A stretch of 64,000 bases of DNA. It comes from Dicyema japonicum (Eukaryota > Animalia > Dicyemida). Made by a program: the position numbers and the translations under genes. This document shows, one piece after another, positions 1-12,006 of this stretch (the first letter of the stretch is position 1; each line of letters begins with the position of its first letter). The notes beneath the pieces are model-generated. The model was not told the DNA's origin. It searched no databases and was given only the letters and a program-made list of their open reading frames with translations. The DNA is taken from positions 1,627,546 through 1,691,545 of the forward strand of contig RDEW01000003.1 in NCBI GenBank assembly GCA_011109175.1. Reading direction: 5' to 3'.

Positions 1-26
1 AAAAAAAAAAAAAAATCTACTGAATA

Positions 27-526
27 CATAATTAACTTGATAGATGAGGCAACATCACATATGAAAAATATCAAAATTACAATTGTGTTCTAGATTTTAT
101 ATTATTGAAACTGCTATCAATGTTTTTTCATAGTACTTTCATCAAACTCGCAAATGTGAACAATCGCAAAGACAATTAAAGTCAAAAACTGAATAATTGT
201 TAAAACTGATAAAAAACGAAGAATCCTGATAATTGATAAACAACGACAGAGGAATTATATCTAAAACTAAAACTTAATAAATATAATACAATGGTTACTA
301 TCTGGAGAATGCCCTGAGGTGACTTAAATCTAGCCATTTTTATTCCCATGTTATATAAGGAAGAATTTTAATTAGAATAATTTTATAATTAAATTAATTA
401 TTTAAAAAAAATATTTTTATAAAGATATTAAATTTATAGAGTTTTTCATTTTTAACGTGCAACGTGAGTTCGATTCGGTGGACTTAATAGCAGCGTGGCG
501 TCATGGGGTTCACTTGTTGTTGTGGT
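27..526 (+). repeat. ~500-bp AT-rich segment duplicated at ~10099-10603, ending in a B-box-like GAGTTCGATTC and the 5' head of Vingi family A
   Basis: Colinear high similarity by eye between 27-526 and 10099-10603. Confidence 0.85.
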
Positions 527-1030
527 ATGTAAATATTTATTAACGTTCATGTTTTTGAAACACCTTGGTTTCTTATACTTTCCGATCATCAATGGAGTTC
601 TTTTATCCAGTCATATTTGCACAAAGCATTAATGAAAATTTGAAGATTAGCTAAAAAAAATTTAAACCGATCTTCAAGTAATTTCTGTCCTGATCTGCGT
701 CTCCTTTATACACTTTTTGAAGGAATATTTTTGTAAAACACACCGATTTCGTCAGCATTATAAACATTTTCGGCAACATATTCATTTATTTTTGAGGAGA
801 TAATTTTTTTAAAGTCTTCAATTTCTATTTTAAGCTCATCCGCAGTATATCCCAATTCACCATGATTCGTAATTTTACATTGTGCCTTTTTTAAACTTTT
901 CCAGTCATCCTTTACTTGAATTGAATTTAGAGAGTCTATTTAGTGCAGCAAATTCAGTTGCTTTCGATAAAATTATCTCATCATTGAGGCAAACTCCAAT
1001 TGATTCCATGTAATCCATCCAGGTAATGAT
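527..1030 (-). mobile_element. pogo/Tigger (CENP-B HTH + DDE_1) transposase fragment, pseudogenised
   Basis: Minus-strand translation across stops: KG*LEKFKK(R)HN, NVYNADEIGVFYK, TPLMIGKYKKPRCFKN. Confidence 0.85.
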
Positions 1031-2918
1031 TTCAATATCAATTGGCTTTAATATAATTCATAGTTTTAATTATGACATTCATGACATTTTTCAAATTGTC
1101 AGGCATGGTTTTCATCATCAATGCATGATCATGCAATGCACACCAATAGCTTTCGGGGATTTTTCCTTGACTAAAGTTTGAATTCCGGAACGGCAACCAT
1201 ACACTACTGGTCTGTGCACACACCAATTAAATTATTCCAATTGATGCCATGCACTTCAAAAAATCTGTCAAGGTTATCAAATATATCCCTGACGGTTGTA
1301 TAAGTGCTGAGAGCTTCACAAAACAAGAATTGATCTTCAAAGTGCTTGTCATGTATATAACGAACATATACGCACAATTGAGATAAGTTGGCGATATCCG
1401 TGCTTTCATCAATTTGGATAGCAAAAAATTGGAACATTGAATTTTTATTCTTCGCGATTACAATGGACAAAATATTCTCGGCGAGATCATTTATTCTTCT
1501 ACTAACAGTATATCATTGGAAAGTGAGATATGCTTCAGAATATGAAATTCAGAACTTCCTAAAAGCTTTCAAACCGGATGAAATATTTTGGGACAAAATT
1601 CAGATCAAATATGGAATTGATCAATCTTTGGGCTTTGAATTTGGAAAAATCAACATCCTTTTGTGTTGAACTAGGATGTTTGGCTTATATGTGCCTCTTA
1701 AACTTGCTGGATTAAGTGAAGTAGAGGCCAAAACCTCAGAACACAGTACACACTGTGGTTTCAATTTACCTTCAGAAGTCATCAGAGTGAATTCATATTT
1801 GATATACAGCAAACCTCTCGAATCCGCCAAATTTACGACCTGGGAAATTACGGCGGATTCGAGAGGCAAATTTGAACGTTTATAAATTAATAAAATGCAC
1901 TTTTTAATTTTAATAACTAAATAAAAATGAAAACATTAATTTCTTTTAAAATAATCAGTTATTCTTGTTTTAATGTTCGTTTTTATGTTTTTACTAACAT
2001 CATCAAACAGATTGAAGACATTTAAGTTAACTTCATCCTTCTGTTTAAAGTACTTCCTCAATGGATAGACAGCATTTGTTGCATCATAGTCTAAAACGAC
2101 TTGTTATTCTTTTGTTCTCCATCATTAATGCATTCTTTGTCTTATCGTCATTTTCATCCAAATTTTCCAGGGTCTCTTCATTCTCTGTATACTCATAGAG
2201 AAGAAACTCATCTTCTGGAATTGGATCATTTATTTGCAGCCTTGACACGAATTCTTGATAAGTTCAGGCGGAAACTCGTCATTAATTTCTTCAATAAAAT
2301 CTTCTGTCCATGTAGCATGTCGAAAACAGTTTATAATTGTTGTACTATACAGCTTTTTCCATGCTTGATAGTTATAAATTATAGCATCCTTAAGGATTAT
2401 TTCTTTACGGCGGATTCGAGAGGTTTTACTGTATGTTATTCATTGAATAATAAATTTTTTTTTTATTCATAATTTTTATTTTGGCTTTATAAATTTAAAC
2501 AATAGAAGTCAGGTAGTTGCCGCCCTCACCGCGTGGCTGTTCCCTCTCAAAATTGCGAGCGAAATTCGCTCAAATAGCCAGCGGCGTTCGCGGAGATCTC
2601 CAGTGCATGAGGTGATCCGGTTTCCAAGACGTCCGAAAAACTCGAGTGTAGAGGGGGAGTAGTATCCGGAAGTCTCCATAGCAAGGGGAACAAATTTGAC
2701 ATCATCGGGAAGGTCGACGTATTTATACGTAATAATAAATTAAAATTAAATTGAAGTATTCGAACAGGACAATCCTACAAAGATAAAATTGAGAACGTTC
2801 TTTTTAAAATTCAATTAAAAAATAATTTTAAAAATATAATATAAAAGTAGACTAATATAAATTACTAAAGATTGCTCCGGGGTCCTTTTGGACGCGGACC
2901 CAGGTTTGAGAAACACTG
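1030..2918 (-). mobile_element. hAT Buster/Charlie-type (ZBED5/FAM200-like) DNA transposon, 5' part, interrupted by a MITE
   Basis: KPQCVLCSEVLAS and FAIQIDESTDIANLSQLCVYVRY motifs; terminus CAGTGTTTCTCAAACCTGGG ending at 2918, followed by ATATAAAG (NNNTANNN, Buster-type target). Confidence 0.88.
1807..2431. mobile_element. pogo/Tc1-like non-autonomous element (MITE) with TA TSD, inserted into the hAT coding start
   Basis: TIRs CAGCAAACCTCTCGAATCCGCC / GGCGGATTCGAGAGGTTTTACTG with TA on both sides; removing it restores a Buster-like NE*HIKYEF frame. Confidence 0.85.
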
Positions 2919-2926
2919 ATATAAAG

Positions 2927-4012
2927 CGATATGATTGCATTTCGATTTTCTTCAAGGCATCCCGTTTCTTGATAAGTTCCGGGATGCCCGAAGATAGTTT
3001 CGGATTGAATTTTCTGTAAGAGGATATTGGGATTAACATTCTGTCTGAAGTTAACAGTGAAGTCTTCCACAACGAGTTTGGATAGACAATTATCCACATA
3101 CGTGCTGAATCCAAACTAATTTCCCATCGAATAGTTTTTGAACTTTGTAAAACATTTTGGCAGACAGATAGATCTTTTCAGTTTCAACACAATTGGGTTA
3201 TGGTCGCTTGTAAAACTATAACGAACATCCCATGTAAGGTATCCAGCAAGGGAGGGAGTGCATAATGATAAGTTCGGGGAAGTTGGGATATCCCCTTTCG
3301 GATTGGGGTCCTCGTATGGGAATCCGGATTATTGAAAATAATTAATTCGTCGAGTATAGATGGAATGTAATCTCCGCGATTGTCGGCTGATTGTGTCCGG
3401 AGCCAGAACGGATGTTTGCCATTTAAATCTCGCATAGTAGCAGATCCTTTAGTCCACACAATCTCAATAGGTTGGGGATGTAGGAAGTAGTACATGACCC
3501 CTGAGGCGGGATATATACATTACACAGTGTAAAACATCTCGTTGGAGAAAAGGAAACTTTAATAGAAATCTGTTCCAGAATAAGATTTCCTTCGCAGAGA
3601 GAAGGGGTGACATTAGTAAATTTAAGTCCATCCTTAACGATAGTCAATAGACCTCCTCTAAGACTTCTTGTTCAATTTCTGCGAAGTACACAATATCCAG
3701 AAAAACAAGGTGTTGGGAACTTTATAGAGAGCTTCGATCCTTGAATGATGGCAATGTCCACTTTCAAATGGGTAATTCGAAACTTTATTGCGGATTCCAT
3801 TTACATTTAATTGTAGAATAATCAGTGTGCAGTTGGGTCCCGGATTAGGTTCTACATCACCAGACATAAGTAGTAAAGAAAAAACGGGGGAATTGGTAGG
3901 CCACCTTTCTGAAGATCGCAGAATGGTGGGGAAAGTCGAACTGCTCTCTTCCATGCAGAACTTGTACTGAGCGCCACCACAACAACAGATGAACCCCATG
4001 ACGCCACGCTAC
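2927..4012 (-). mobile_element. Ingi/Vingi-like LINE family A, 5' portion: structured head, leader ORF, 2A peptide, APE endonuclease (frameshifted)
   Basis: ORF 3658-3999 MGFICC...LLLMSGDVEPNPGP-NCTLIILQLNVNGIRNK; downstream APE motifs (degenerate GDxN-type motif in the LLLCEI frame, NNPDSHTR, SDHNPI). Confidence 0.88.
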
Positions 4013-4039
4013 CAACTTTTTTTCTCAAAATGATTGCTT

Positions 4040-4480
4040 ATTTCATCTCAACTCCGAGTTATGCAAACTCAGAGAATCCAAATGTTTCCTGAATGTCATA
4101 TATCTCGACCATATCATAAGCATTTGACAGAGTTAACCACAGAGCCATAATCGATCAGTTATCTCGGACGGGAAGCCCAGAGGAACTAGTGAATTGGGTG
4201 AAAGTGTACCTAGAAGGAAGAAAATCCTATGTTATATGCGGACGCTATTTTTCAAATAAGGATCAATTTTGAGCCCTATATTGTTTAATGTTCTAATAGC
4301 CGGTTTCCCGTTTTCGACTACACCAAGTACACTGATATACACAGACGATGTGCTACTGTCTGATGTGTCGAGATCGAGCATGATCCTAGAGAGGAGACTC
4401 AATGTGTACATGGAAGAGATAAAAGACTGGTGCGGTCTTCATGGGTTAAAACTGTCAGAAAAAAATCTACTGCAATGAGG
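4040..4480 (+). mobile_element. non-LTR reverse transcriptase fragment
   Basis: Frameshifted (K)AFDRVNH, WVKVYLEGRK, LSPILFNV, IYTDDVLL. Confidence 0.8.
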
Positions 4481-5179
4481 TTCTTCGGTCGGAATGGTAA
4501 AGGAAATCAGAAAGAGTCAACATTGTGAGTTCCTGAAGTATCAATTCAAATCCAAAATTTTAAACTCTGATTGATAGAAGATTTAATAGACCTCAAAAAT
4601 AATACATGTTATAAAATTAACCTTCAAAATACCTCAATTTATCAGTTTTGGAAGAATTCGAAGATTAAAGAATAGTTTCCAAAATTGTGTATTTGATCTC
4701 ACAGATAATCTTGTACTTTCCAACTTTATATCTTGTTGAAAAAAGATACATCTCACTTGATTATTTATTAAGAAGCGAGCGAAATAAATTAAATTATGAA
4801 ATGATATTCGAAATTTTTGTATGTGCGGAGATATCTCAAAATGGAAGGCGGTTAAAGAATTATTGAGAACCACTGTGTTATAACATCATCAATAAATTGT
4901 TTTCATTAAAAAATTTATTAATGAATATAAACATTACCAATAAGTAACACTGCAATATAAATAGTTTAACTGCTGTACAATTACCCAGATGGTATACTGT
5001 TTATTCCACACTTCCGGCCCCATGGGACCATAGACAGTGGAATCTTTGAATCTACTTGGGAGTCAAATTTCTGCACGTTTGTCGCTGGCTAATCGAATTA
5101 TTTTCTTTCGCTATTTTGAAAGGGGTTTGCTTCATTCCTATATTAGACAGGAATTAAGAAACTGCAAAAAATTGACTTC

Positions 5180-5370
5180 TACCTTTTATGCAGGTTCATC
5201 CGCTTTTGAAGAGAGATGGAGAAGTAAGTCACTCTCTTCCATTTTCATCGCACGTCATACAGTCTCGGACATCACTTAATTCACAGGTGGAAGATTTTCA
5301 TAACAGTAATCTTCACCAGTGGAGTTGGACAGAGAAAAGTAGGAAGATCCCTTTCAAAAACTGTGTCATG
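5180..5370. repeat. unclassified interspersed repeat, second copy at ~27430-27610
   Basis: DNA similarity plus shared translations on both strands (SAxEERWRS...; VMSxTxxRxMK...DLLLHLSS). Confidence 0.7.
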
Positions 5371-5451
5371 TCAGAAAGGACTCATCACCTCATGGGTGGG
5401 ATTTTTGACAGAAACTCTTAGCTATTTAGATAGTCACTCTTGCTCTATTAT

Positions 5452-8400
5452 TAGTTAGTTAAGTAACCCCAGCCTCACTAACTTGTAGGAGGCCAGCAGC
5501 TATTAAGTAGGACGCAGATGTTATCGCTCCCATAGATCGGTCAGTTCCGGCATTGTGGAGAAATGTGCCAATTCATGAAATTGAAATAGGTGATTTGTTG
5601 TCAGAACGTTGAGGTTGCAAAAGGGGCAGAGTAGATCATAAGTTGGTAGATATGGGTGGTGCCCACATCGTAGACGAGCCAGGTTTACTCGCACGTCCCT
5701 TGAAATAGAGGATTCTGATTGGTCTATTGGAGGAGGGGTCGTTGTAATATTTTATTGTCTCCGAGTCTTCGGATGCTTCTCGTAGAAACAAAATCGAGTA
5801 TCTGGAAGCAAGCCAACATCCGACCTATACTGAAACCTGGGAAACCTAAGGAAGATCCAGCATCATTTAGACCTGTGTCATTGTTATGTTCCATATCGAA
5901 AATTCTGGAAAGGCTTGAGAATCAAGGCTTTCTTACCAGAAAAGGATTTTCAACACGGATTCAAGAGCGATTGTTCTACATCAACGTACCTACAGAAATT
6001 AACCGACTTCATTAGAGATGGTTTTTCAAACAAACTAAGGCATTTGAAGACAGTCTTATGTTCCATTGATATTAACAAGGCTCTTGATTCTAGTTCGAGA
6101 AAAATATTATTAAAGAAAATTTTCCAGTCGGAGATCCTTGGGAAGCTTTAACTTTGGATAACAAATTTCTTAAGTGGACGAAGGGACGTGTATGTCTCGG
6201 AGACTGAAATCAGTCTCGCGTTTTCTCCCAAGCGCTGTCCCCCAAGGATCTCCTTTATCCTTCGCTTTATTCGATTTATACCTGGTCGACCTCCCGACAC
6301 CGGAATCCAACAACGATGTTCTACTCTCATATGCGGACGACATTGTTTTGGCCTCGCGTGATCGGGATATCCAAAATGCTACAGAAAGATTACAAATTAA
6401 CCTGGACCGACTCAACGCCTGGGTAATGAAGAACCGACTCACGATAAATTCCAGAAAGTCGGTCACGTCTATGTTTACTTCGGACAAAAGGTTGGGGAAG
6501 ATGACTGTCAAGTTAAAATTGGACAACATTGAAATCCCCTTCACCAAATGTCAGAAGATCCTGGGCGTGACACTGGATACACACTATGTTTGTCACCACA
6601 CGTGGCAGACATTGTTCTGAAGTGCGAGAAGAGGATCAATGTATTAAAATGTTTATCTGGAATATGGAAGACAGGTACCCACCCAGTCTTGATGAACATT
6701 TACAAGCAATACATCGAACCATGCTTCTCGTACGCGTGTGCTTCGTGGGGACCTTCATTATCATGGACGAACACTAAGAAGATTGAGGACGTTCAAAAGA
6801 AGGCTTTCAGAATGACGAAGCGGTGGTCTTGTGAGAGACACAGAACCGGACCGACTACTTTGGAGGCCCTCATTAAACAAAACTCCGGCATGCGGGAAGG
6901 TGGCCCTGCAAATACAGTCAGCCGCCCTGCACGAGCTTTTGTGGGAACGAGGGAGGAGCACCGGGAAAAAATGAGGATTTTGGCGGAGCGCATCGGGATC
7001 ACGTGATAGTTAGTTTTGGTTTTACCGTGGTCTTGGGTGTTAAATAAATAAATAAAAGTATCTGTTTCAGACGACTCCTGTCATTGGGGATGGAAGGAAT
7101 GGATGATAACATTCGAAACAGGTCACTGGTTGTCATAATAATTTTCGTTTTGTTTTGCGGCTTGCATAGGGAGTTGCAGGGATGTTCCAGACTGTAGGCT
7201 TGGGAGAGGAACTGCAGGGCTCTCATTTCCAGATGGTCTCCAATTGGAAGGATTTTTGACTCCCAATGTAGATGATCGACAGGAGTTGATCTGAGACATC
7301 CAGTAATTATCCTGAGCGCGATGTTTTGTACTTTTTGTAGTTTGTCAATAGAAGTAAGAGAGGACAAGGTTGACCAGCAAGGGCTTACATAGTTAATAGT
7401 TGTTCGGATAAATTGTTTATGATAATTAGGGCTTCTTTGCTTTGGCCAAAGGAATGGCCTGATACAGCTTTAAATATGTTGATATTGTGAGAGGCCTTTT
7501 TACATTGTTCCTCCACATGTTTAGAGAAAGTTAGTAGTTGGTCATAAATAACTCCAAGTATTTTGGGATGTTTCGTAATGGTGAGTAATTGTCCATGAAC
7601 TGTTAAAATTGGTTGAAAATTTAGTTGGCGGCGGTTGGACGTGAATACAGTGACGGTGGATTTCGATGGAGAGGGGATAGGTGGTTTGCTTCAAGCCACT
7701 CTTCAAGAGTGTTCAAGTGGATCTGAACATTTTTCGTTGCTTCATTAACGTCTGTCTTTAGAAGAAATATCAGGAATTGATTGGAATGTCGCTTAGGTGT
7801 AAGTTGAATAAGATGGGTGATAAAACGGAGCCTTGAGGAACTCCATTTGGAAGGAGTCTGTAGTGAGATAGACATGACATAATTTCAGCTCGACCAATTC
7901 TTCCAGAGAGGAAATTTGTTACCCAATTCTGAAAACTTGGAGGAATTCCAGATACAAGAATGTTTGTTACTTAGCTTTCGCCTTGATGTTCGATCGAACG
8001 CTTTGGTTAGGTCGATCGATGCAAGGATAGTCCGTTTGGGAGAATTATAATTGGTTAAAACCATCAGCGATATATTGAGATAGGGTAGAGAGACGTGATA
8101 ATGTTGAGTATTGTGAACGAAAGCCATGTTGAAAATCAGGGAAGATACTTCGATATTAGTTTCAGTACAACACGTTCAACAATTTTCGATACTACAGATA
8201 GTAGTTAAATTGATCTGGAAGATCCCGGATCCGAAGGATCTTTCTTGGTCTTCTGGATTGGGATTATTTTGGATTTTTTCCATAGTGAAGGATTTCTGCA
8301 GGTGTTGATGGACACATAAATTATGTCTGCCTGATGAGTGAAATCACGCGGTGTTTGATTATTGTCAATACTGGTGGCGTGGATTGTCTACATTTTATTT

Positions 8401-9690
8401 TGTTTCGACTGAATTTCACGTAAAGTACCCCAAAAATCCTTTAGTTTTGTTCGGTGGTTAATTTTTGATGAAATTGTTCCAACGGTCAAATTTCCTCTTG
8501 TTGATTAATTCTGTAATTTCGCTATTAAGGTTGGATAGTTCGGCCGTATAAATTCTTGATTTCTTGAGTCGACGTCTTGTATGAATCTTTTCAATAATTT
8601 CCTTAGTGAAATTGGGATTATAGTCTGCAATGAGTCCTCTTGGAATGTATTTCTTGTCGGCACTGAGGATGAACTCATTAAAAAATTTCACTGCGGTGTC
8701 AAGCGAATTTGAAATTCTCAACGGAAAAGTCGGATAGAAATATTTCTGTTTCGTCTCTGAATGAATCCCATTTTGCACGTTTGTAATTCGTATAGTTTTC
8801 CAATGCCTAACAATAGGCGAGAGTAGTTCGATTGACAGTAGAATTGGATTATGGTCCGAGTGTAGGTCATATAATTCTCCAAGATATCGCCGAAGATAGT
8901 GATGGAGAACATAGTGTGAGGTCAGGTGATGTACTAGAGTGTCCAGGTCTGGAAGCTGTTCGAGTGTGTGATTTCCTGTCATTGAGGATAACTAATTGTT
9001 CTAGTTGAGAGAGGACCTGAAACCCCCTCTCATTACTCTTTTGGCCGATTAGCCAGAGAGGATCTTTTGCATTTAGGTCTCCGCAGATTATCACATTTTC
9101 AATCTTTTGCAATTCGGTTATTTTTAGGGAGTAATGTTTCATACTGGGACTTGGTGGAGGGATGTAAATATTACAAACGTATACCTTGTGTGGTTTATTT
9201 TCACCAAGACGGAAGTAAGTTCGATGTGATCGTCATCTTCAAACAGAGCTTGTGTCTGAGCGGAAGTATCGGAGAATGGAATAGATTTGTGTATGAGTAT
9301 GAGAACACCGCCTCCTCTGTTTGAATTCTGTCGATCACGGCGGACAATTGAGTAGTCTTTGTAGTGTGGAAGCGCTGACTTTTTATAGTTTCGTTTTCCT
9401 GTATCACAGCAATATCAATTTTGTAGAAGTTAGAAATGCAAAAAGTTCATTTGATTTCTATGAGGCCGTTTATGTTGAATTGCATGATATTAAGGAATTC
9501 CCGTTCTTGGGGCCAGGGGTTCTGTTCGATTCCCCAGAAAAGATTAGGAGTAGCCAATCCGATCTTTGGGAGCAAAGCAAAGCGCCCGCTCAATAGCCGC
9601 CATCATCTAGTCCGACTTCCCAGAGGATCTGTTGACAGAGAAACTCGTAGCTATCCTGATAATCACTCTTAGCTCTATTATCACGATTGA
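5452..9690 (-). mobile_element. near full-length (~3 kb) Vingi-like LINE family C (2A remnant, APE, RT, C-terminal Zn-knuckle), interrupted by a family B insertion
   Basis: LLLIFSG-IEQNP(G)P remnant at ~9509-9553, NIMQFNINGL, CGDLNAK, SDHNPI, ASIDLTKAFD, GVPQG; frame RLKQIL|DFVSTRS rejoins across the insertion; LARLRCGHHP and CPFC near the 3' end; (TAAC)n-like tail; no RNase H seen. Confidence 0.88.
5805..7056 (+). mobile_element. 5'-truncated Vingi-like LINE family B (RT + 3' end) with 8-bp TSD
   Basis: PILKPGKP..SFRPVSLL, FQHGF, SIDINKA, VPQGSPLS, SYADD; ORF ends GIT*; (TAAA)n tail; TSD AGTATCTG at 5797-5804 and 7057-7064. Confidence 0.92.
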
Positions 9691-9789
9691 CTATCCAGGA
9701 ACTTGGAAATTAGGTCAATATGATATTATTAATTTAATTTTTAAAGCTAGACAAACGAACAAAAATTTATTAACAATAAAATATTATTT

Positions 9790-9910
9790 ATTAACTATGA
9801 GGGAGAGCGGCTGCTGACATCACGGAGTAAGCGTTTCCGCGAATAACAGCGATACCAATTCTTTGCCTCAGCCAGACCGCTTCCCCGCACGTCGTGCTAG
9901 ACAACTGAAA
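9790..9910 (-). mobile_element. CRE-like (restriction-like endonuclease) LINE 3' fragment
   Basis: EAVWLRQRIGIAVIRGNAYSV, same motif as the 30365-31150 element. Confidence 0.7.
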
Positions 9911-10098
9911 ATATCCATTAAAATTAATTAAGAATCATTAATTACTGACTACTTCTCGATTAATGATGACTAAATCTCGAATCATCAAACCACTCAAGGA
10001 TCCAATTAAAACAGTTACAACCGTTACTGATACCTAAAAATAAATAATTAAATTACTGTAATAAATATTATAAATCCATCTTATAATCTATTGAAAGC

Positions 10099-10565
10099 AT
10101 AATTAACGTGATAGATGAGACAACATCACATACAAAGAATATCAAAATTACAACTGTTTTCTAAATTTTATATTATTAAAACTCCTATCAATGTTTTTTT
10201 CATCGTTATTTCATCAAACTCGATGATGTGAACAATCGCAAGACAATTAAAGTCAAAAACTGAATAATTGTTAAAACTGAAGAAAACGAAAAATCCTGAT
10301 AACTGATAAACAATGACAGAGGAATTATATCTACACCCTAAAACTTAATAAATATAATACAATGGTTACTATCAGGAGAATCCCCTGAGGTGACTTAAAT
10401 TTAGCCAGTTTTATTCCCATGTTATATAAGGAAGAATTTTAATTAGAATAATTAGAATAATTTTATAATTAAGTTAATTATTAAAAAAATATTTTTATAA
10501 AGATATTAAATTTATAGGGTTCTACATTTTTAACGTGCAACGTGAGTTCGATTCGGTGGACATAA
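10099..10565 (+). repeat. second copy of the AT-rich duplicated segment (see 27-526)
   Basis: Colinear similarity to 27-490. Confidence 0.85.
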
Positions 10566-10567
10566 TA

Positions 10568-10830
10568 GCAGCGTGACGTCATGGGATTCACCTGTTGTTA
10601 TGGTGGTGCTCAGTGCAAGTTCTGCATTGAAGAGAGCCGTTCGACTTTCCTTACCATTCTGCGATCTTCAGAAAGGGTGGCCTACAATCGCGGAGATTAC
10701 ATCCCATCTATACTCGACGAATTAATTATTCTCAATAATCCGGATTCTCATACGAGGACCCCAATCCGAAAAGGGATAGCCCAACTTTCCCGGACTTATC
10801 ATTATGTATTCCCATCCTTGGATACCTTAC
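10568..10830 (+). mobile_element. internally deleted derivative of Vingi family A (head joined directly to mid-APE; 2A deleted)
   Basis: 10568-10685 matches reverse complement of ~3895-4012; 10686-10830 matches reverse complement of ~3235-3385; CAAT microhomology at the junction. Confidence 0.85.
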
Positions 10831-11619
10831 AAAAAATTCTGGTAGCAAGGCCGATATGGTCGGTTATTATTAACAACATACGTGGATTTTCTGATAAATG
10901 ATCTTTCAATTTTGCGATGAAACCAGGATCTTGCGATGGAGCCACTTTTTTGTTCAGAATTTCGAGTTGCCGAAGTTTCACGAGCCCCTTACCAAGTCCA
11001 TGTTTACAGGAAGAAGACATGGACTTTCATCCACCATGAGGGTAAGTAGACAATCTGTATAATAGATGTACTTAACAATCTGACTCATTAACCACGTGGC
11101 TAGCTGATTGGCCATTATAATTATAGAAATTGAAAGAATGTTGTTGTAAGGGATATTAACCTTGAGTTAGCATGTGATTAAAGTCATGAGAGGTATCAAC
11201 CATGAATTAGAATAGCTCAACAGTACTTTAGCATAATTTCTATAATCTAACAAATTATTCTTTCTCACTATTTTCTCAGAGATGTGTCCAGATGGAATTA
11301 AACTCAAAATCTTGTATGTTGGTTTTTAATTAGTTCAGACGTGCTAGAATGACAAGTTATCTTTAATAAGGCAATACTCGAAAATCATAATTTCGACTAT
11401 CATTTGACTACAGACTATCATATTAACCACAATTGGACTAATAACTACAGCAAATGTATGTGGATAATATTTGCCAAATTAACTAAAATTGGAACAATTG
11501 GCATCAAATATGCACATTGACCTATTAACTAAGCCCAATGAAGGTAACCAATATCCAATACTCTATTACTTTTTTAACATAATCACTATTTATATAACCA
11601 TGGTGGTATTTTATGTGAA

Positions 11620-11885
11620 AAAACCAGCACTTTTCGCGAGAGCCATAATACCTATAAAATACAAATAGGACACACACTTTGTTAGTGTTAAGACCAGTTA
11701 TGATAACTAATCAAAAAGAGAGAACCAAGGAATGATCACTTGTTTTTTCGTTGCGCGTGAGTTCTAGTAGACGGTCAGGTTCTACAGAGATAAGTGTTCA
11801 CTGATGACGACGTCACTCACCAATCCAAAGCATCGAAAATGAGTTCGATCTAAATCTACAGCAGCGAGATTCGATCCGTGAACAA
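11620..11885 (-). mobile_element. tRNA-derived SINE copy
   Basis: Reverse complement aligns to 36780-37060 (TCGAATCTCGCTG, GAGTGACG-CGTCATCAGTG, GATCATTCCTTGGTTCT, AAAGTGTGTGTCCT). Confidence 0.75.
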
Positions 11886-12006
11886 ACAGGATCTTGTTTG
11901 AAATCATCCTTAGTGCCATTAATAGGCATCAATATAACTAATAAATATAACCAAAGAAATAAGGAATAAAACCAATAATAACCAAGACCAAGAAATAACC
12001 GATAAT

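Noticed and set aside
2500-2720. GC-rich patch inside the hAT 5' region as an ncRNA
   Set aside because: No second copy in the window and no recognisable fold or promoter boxes.
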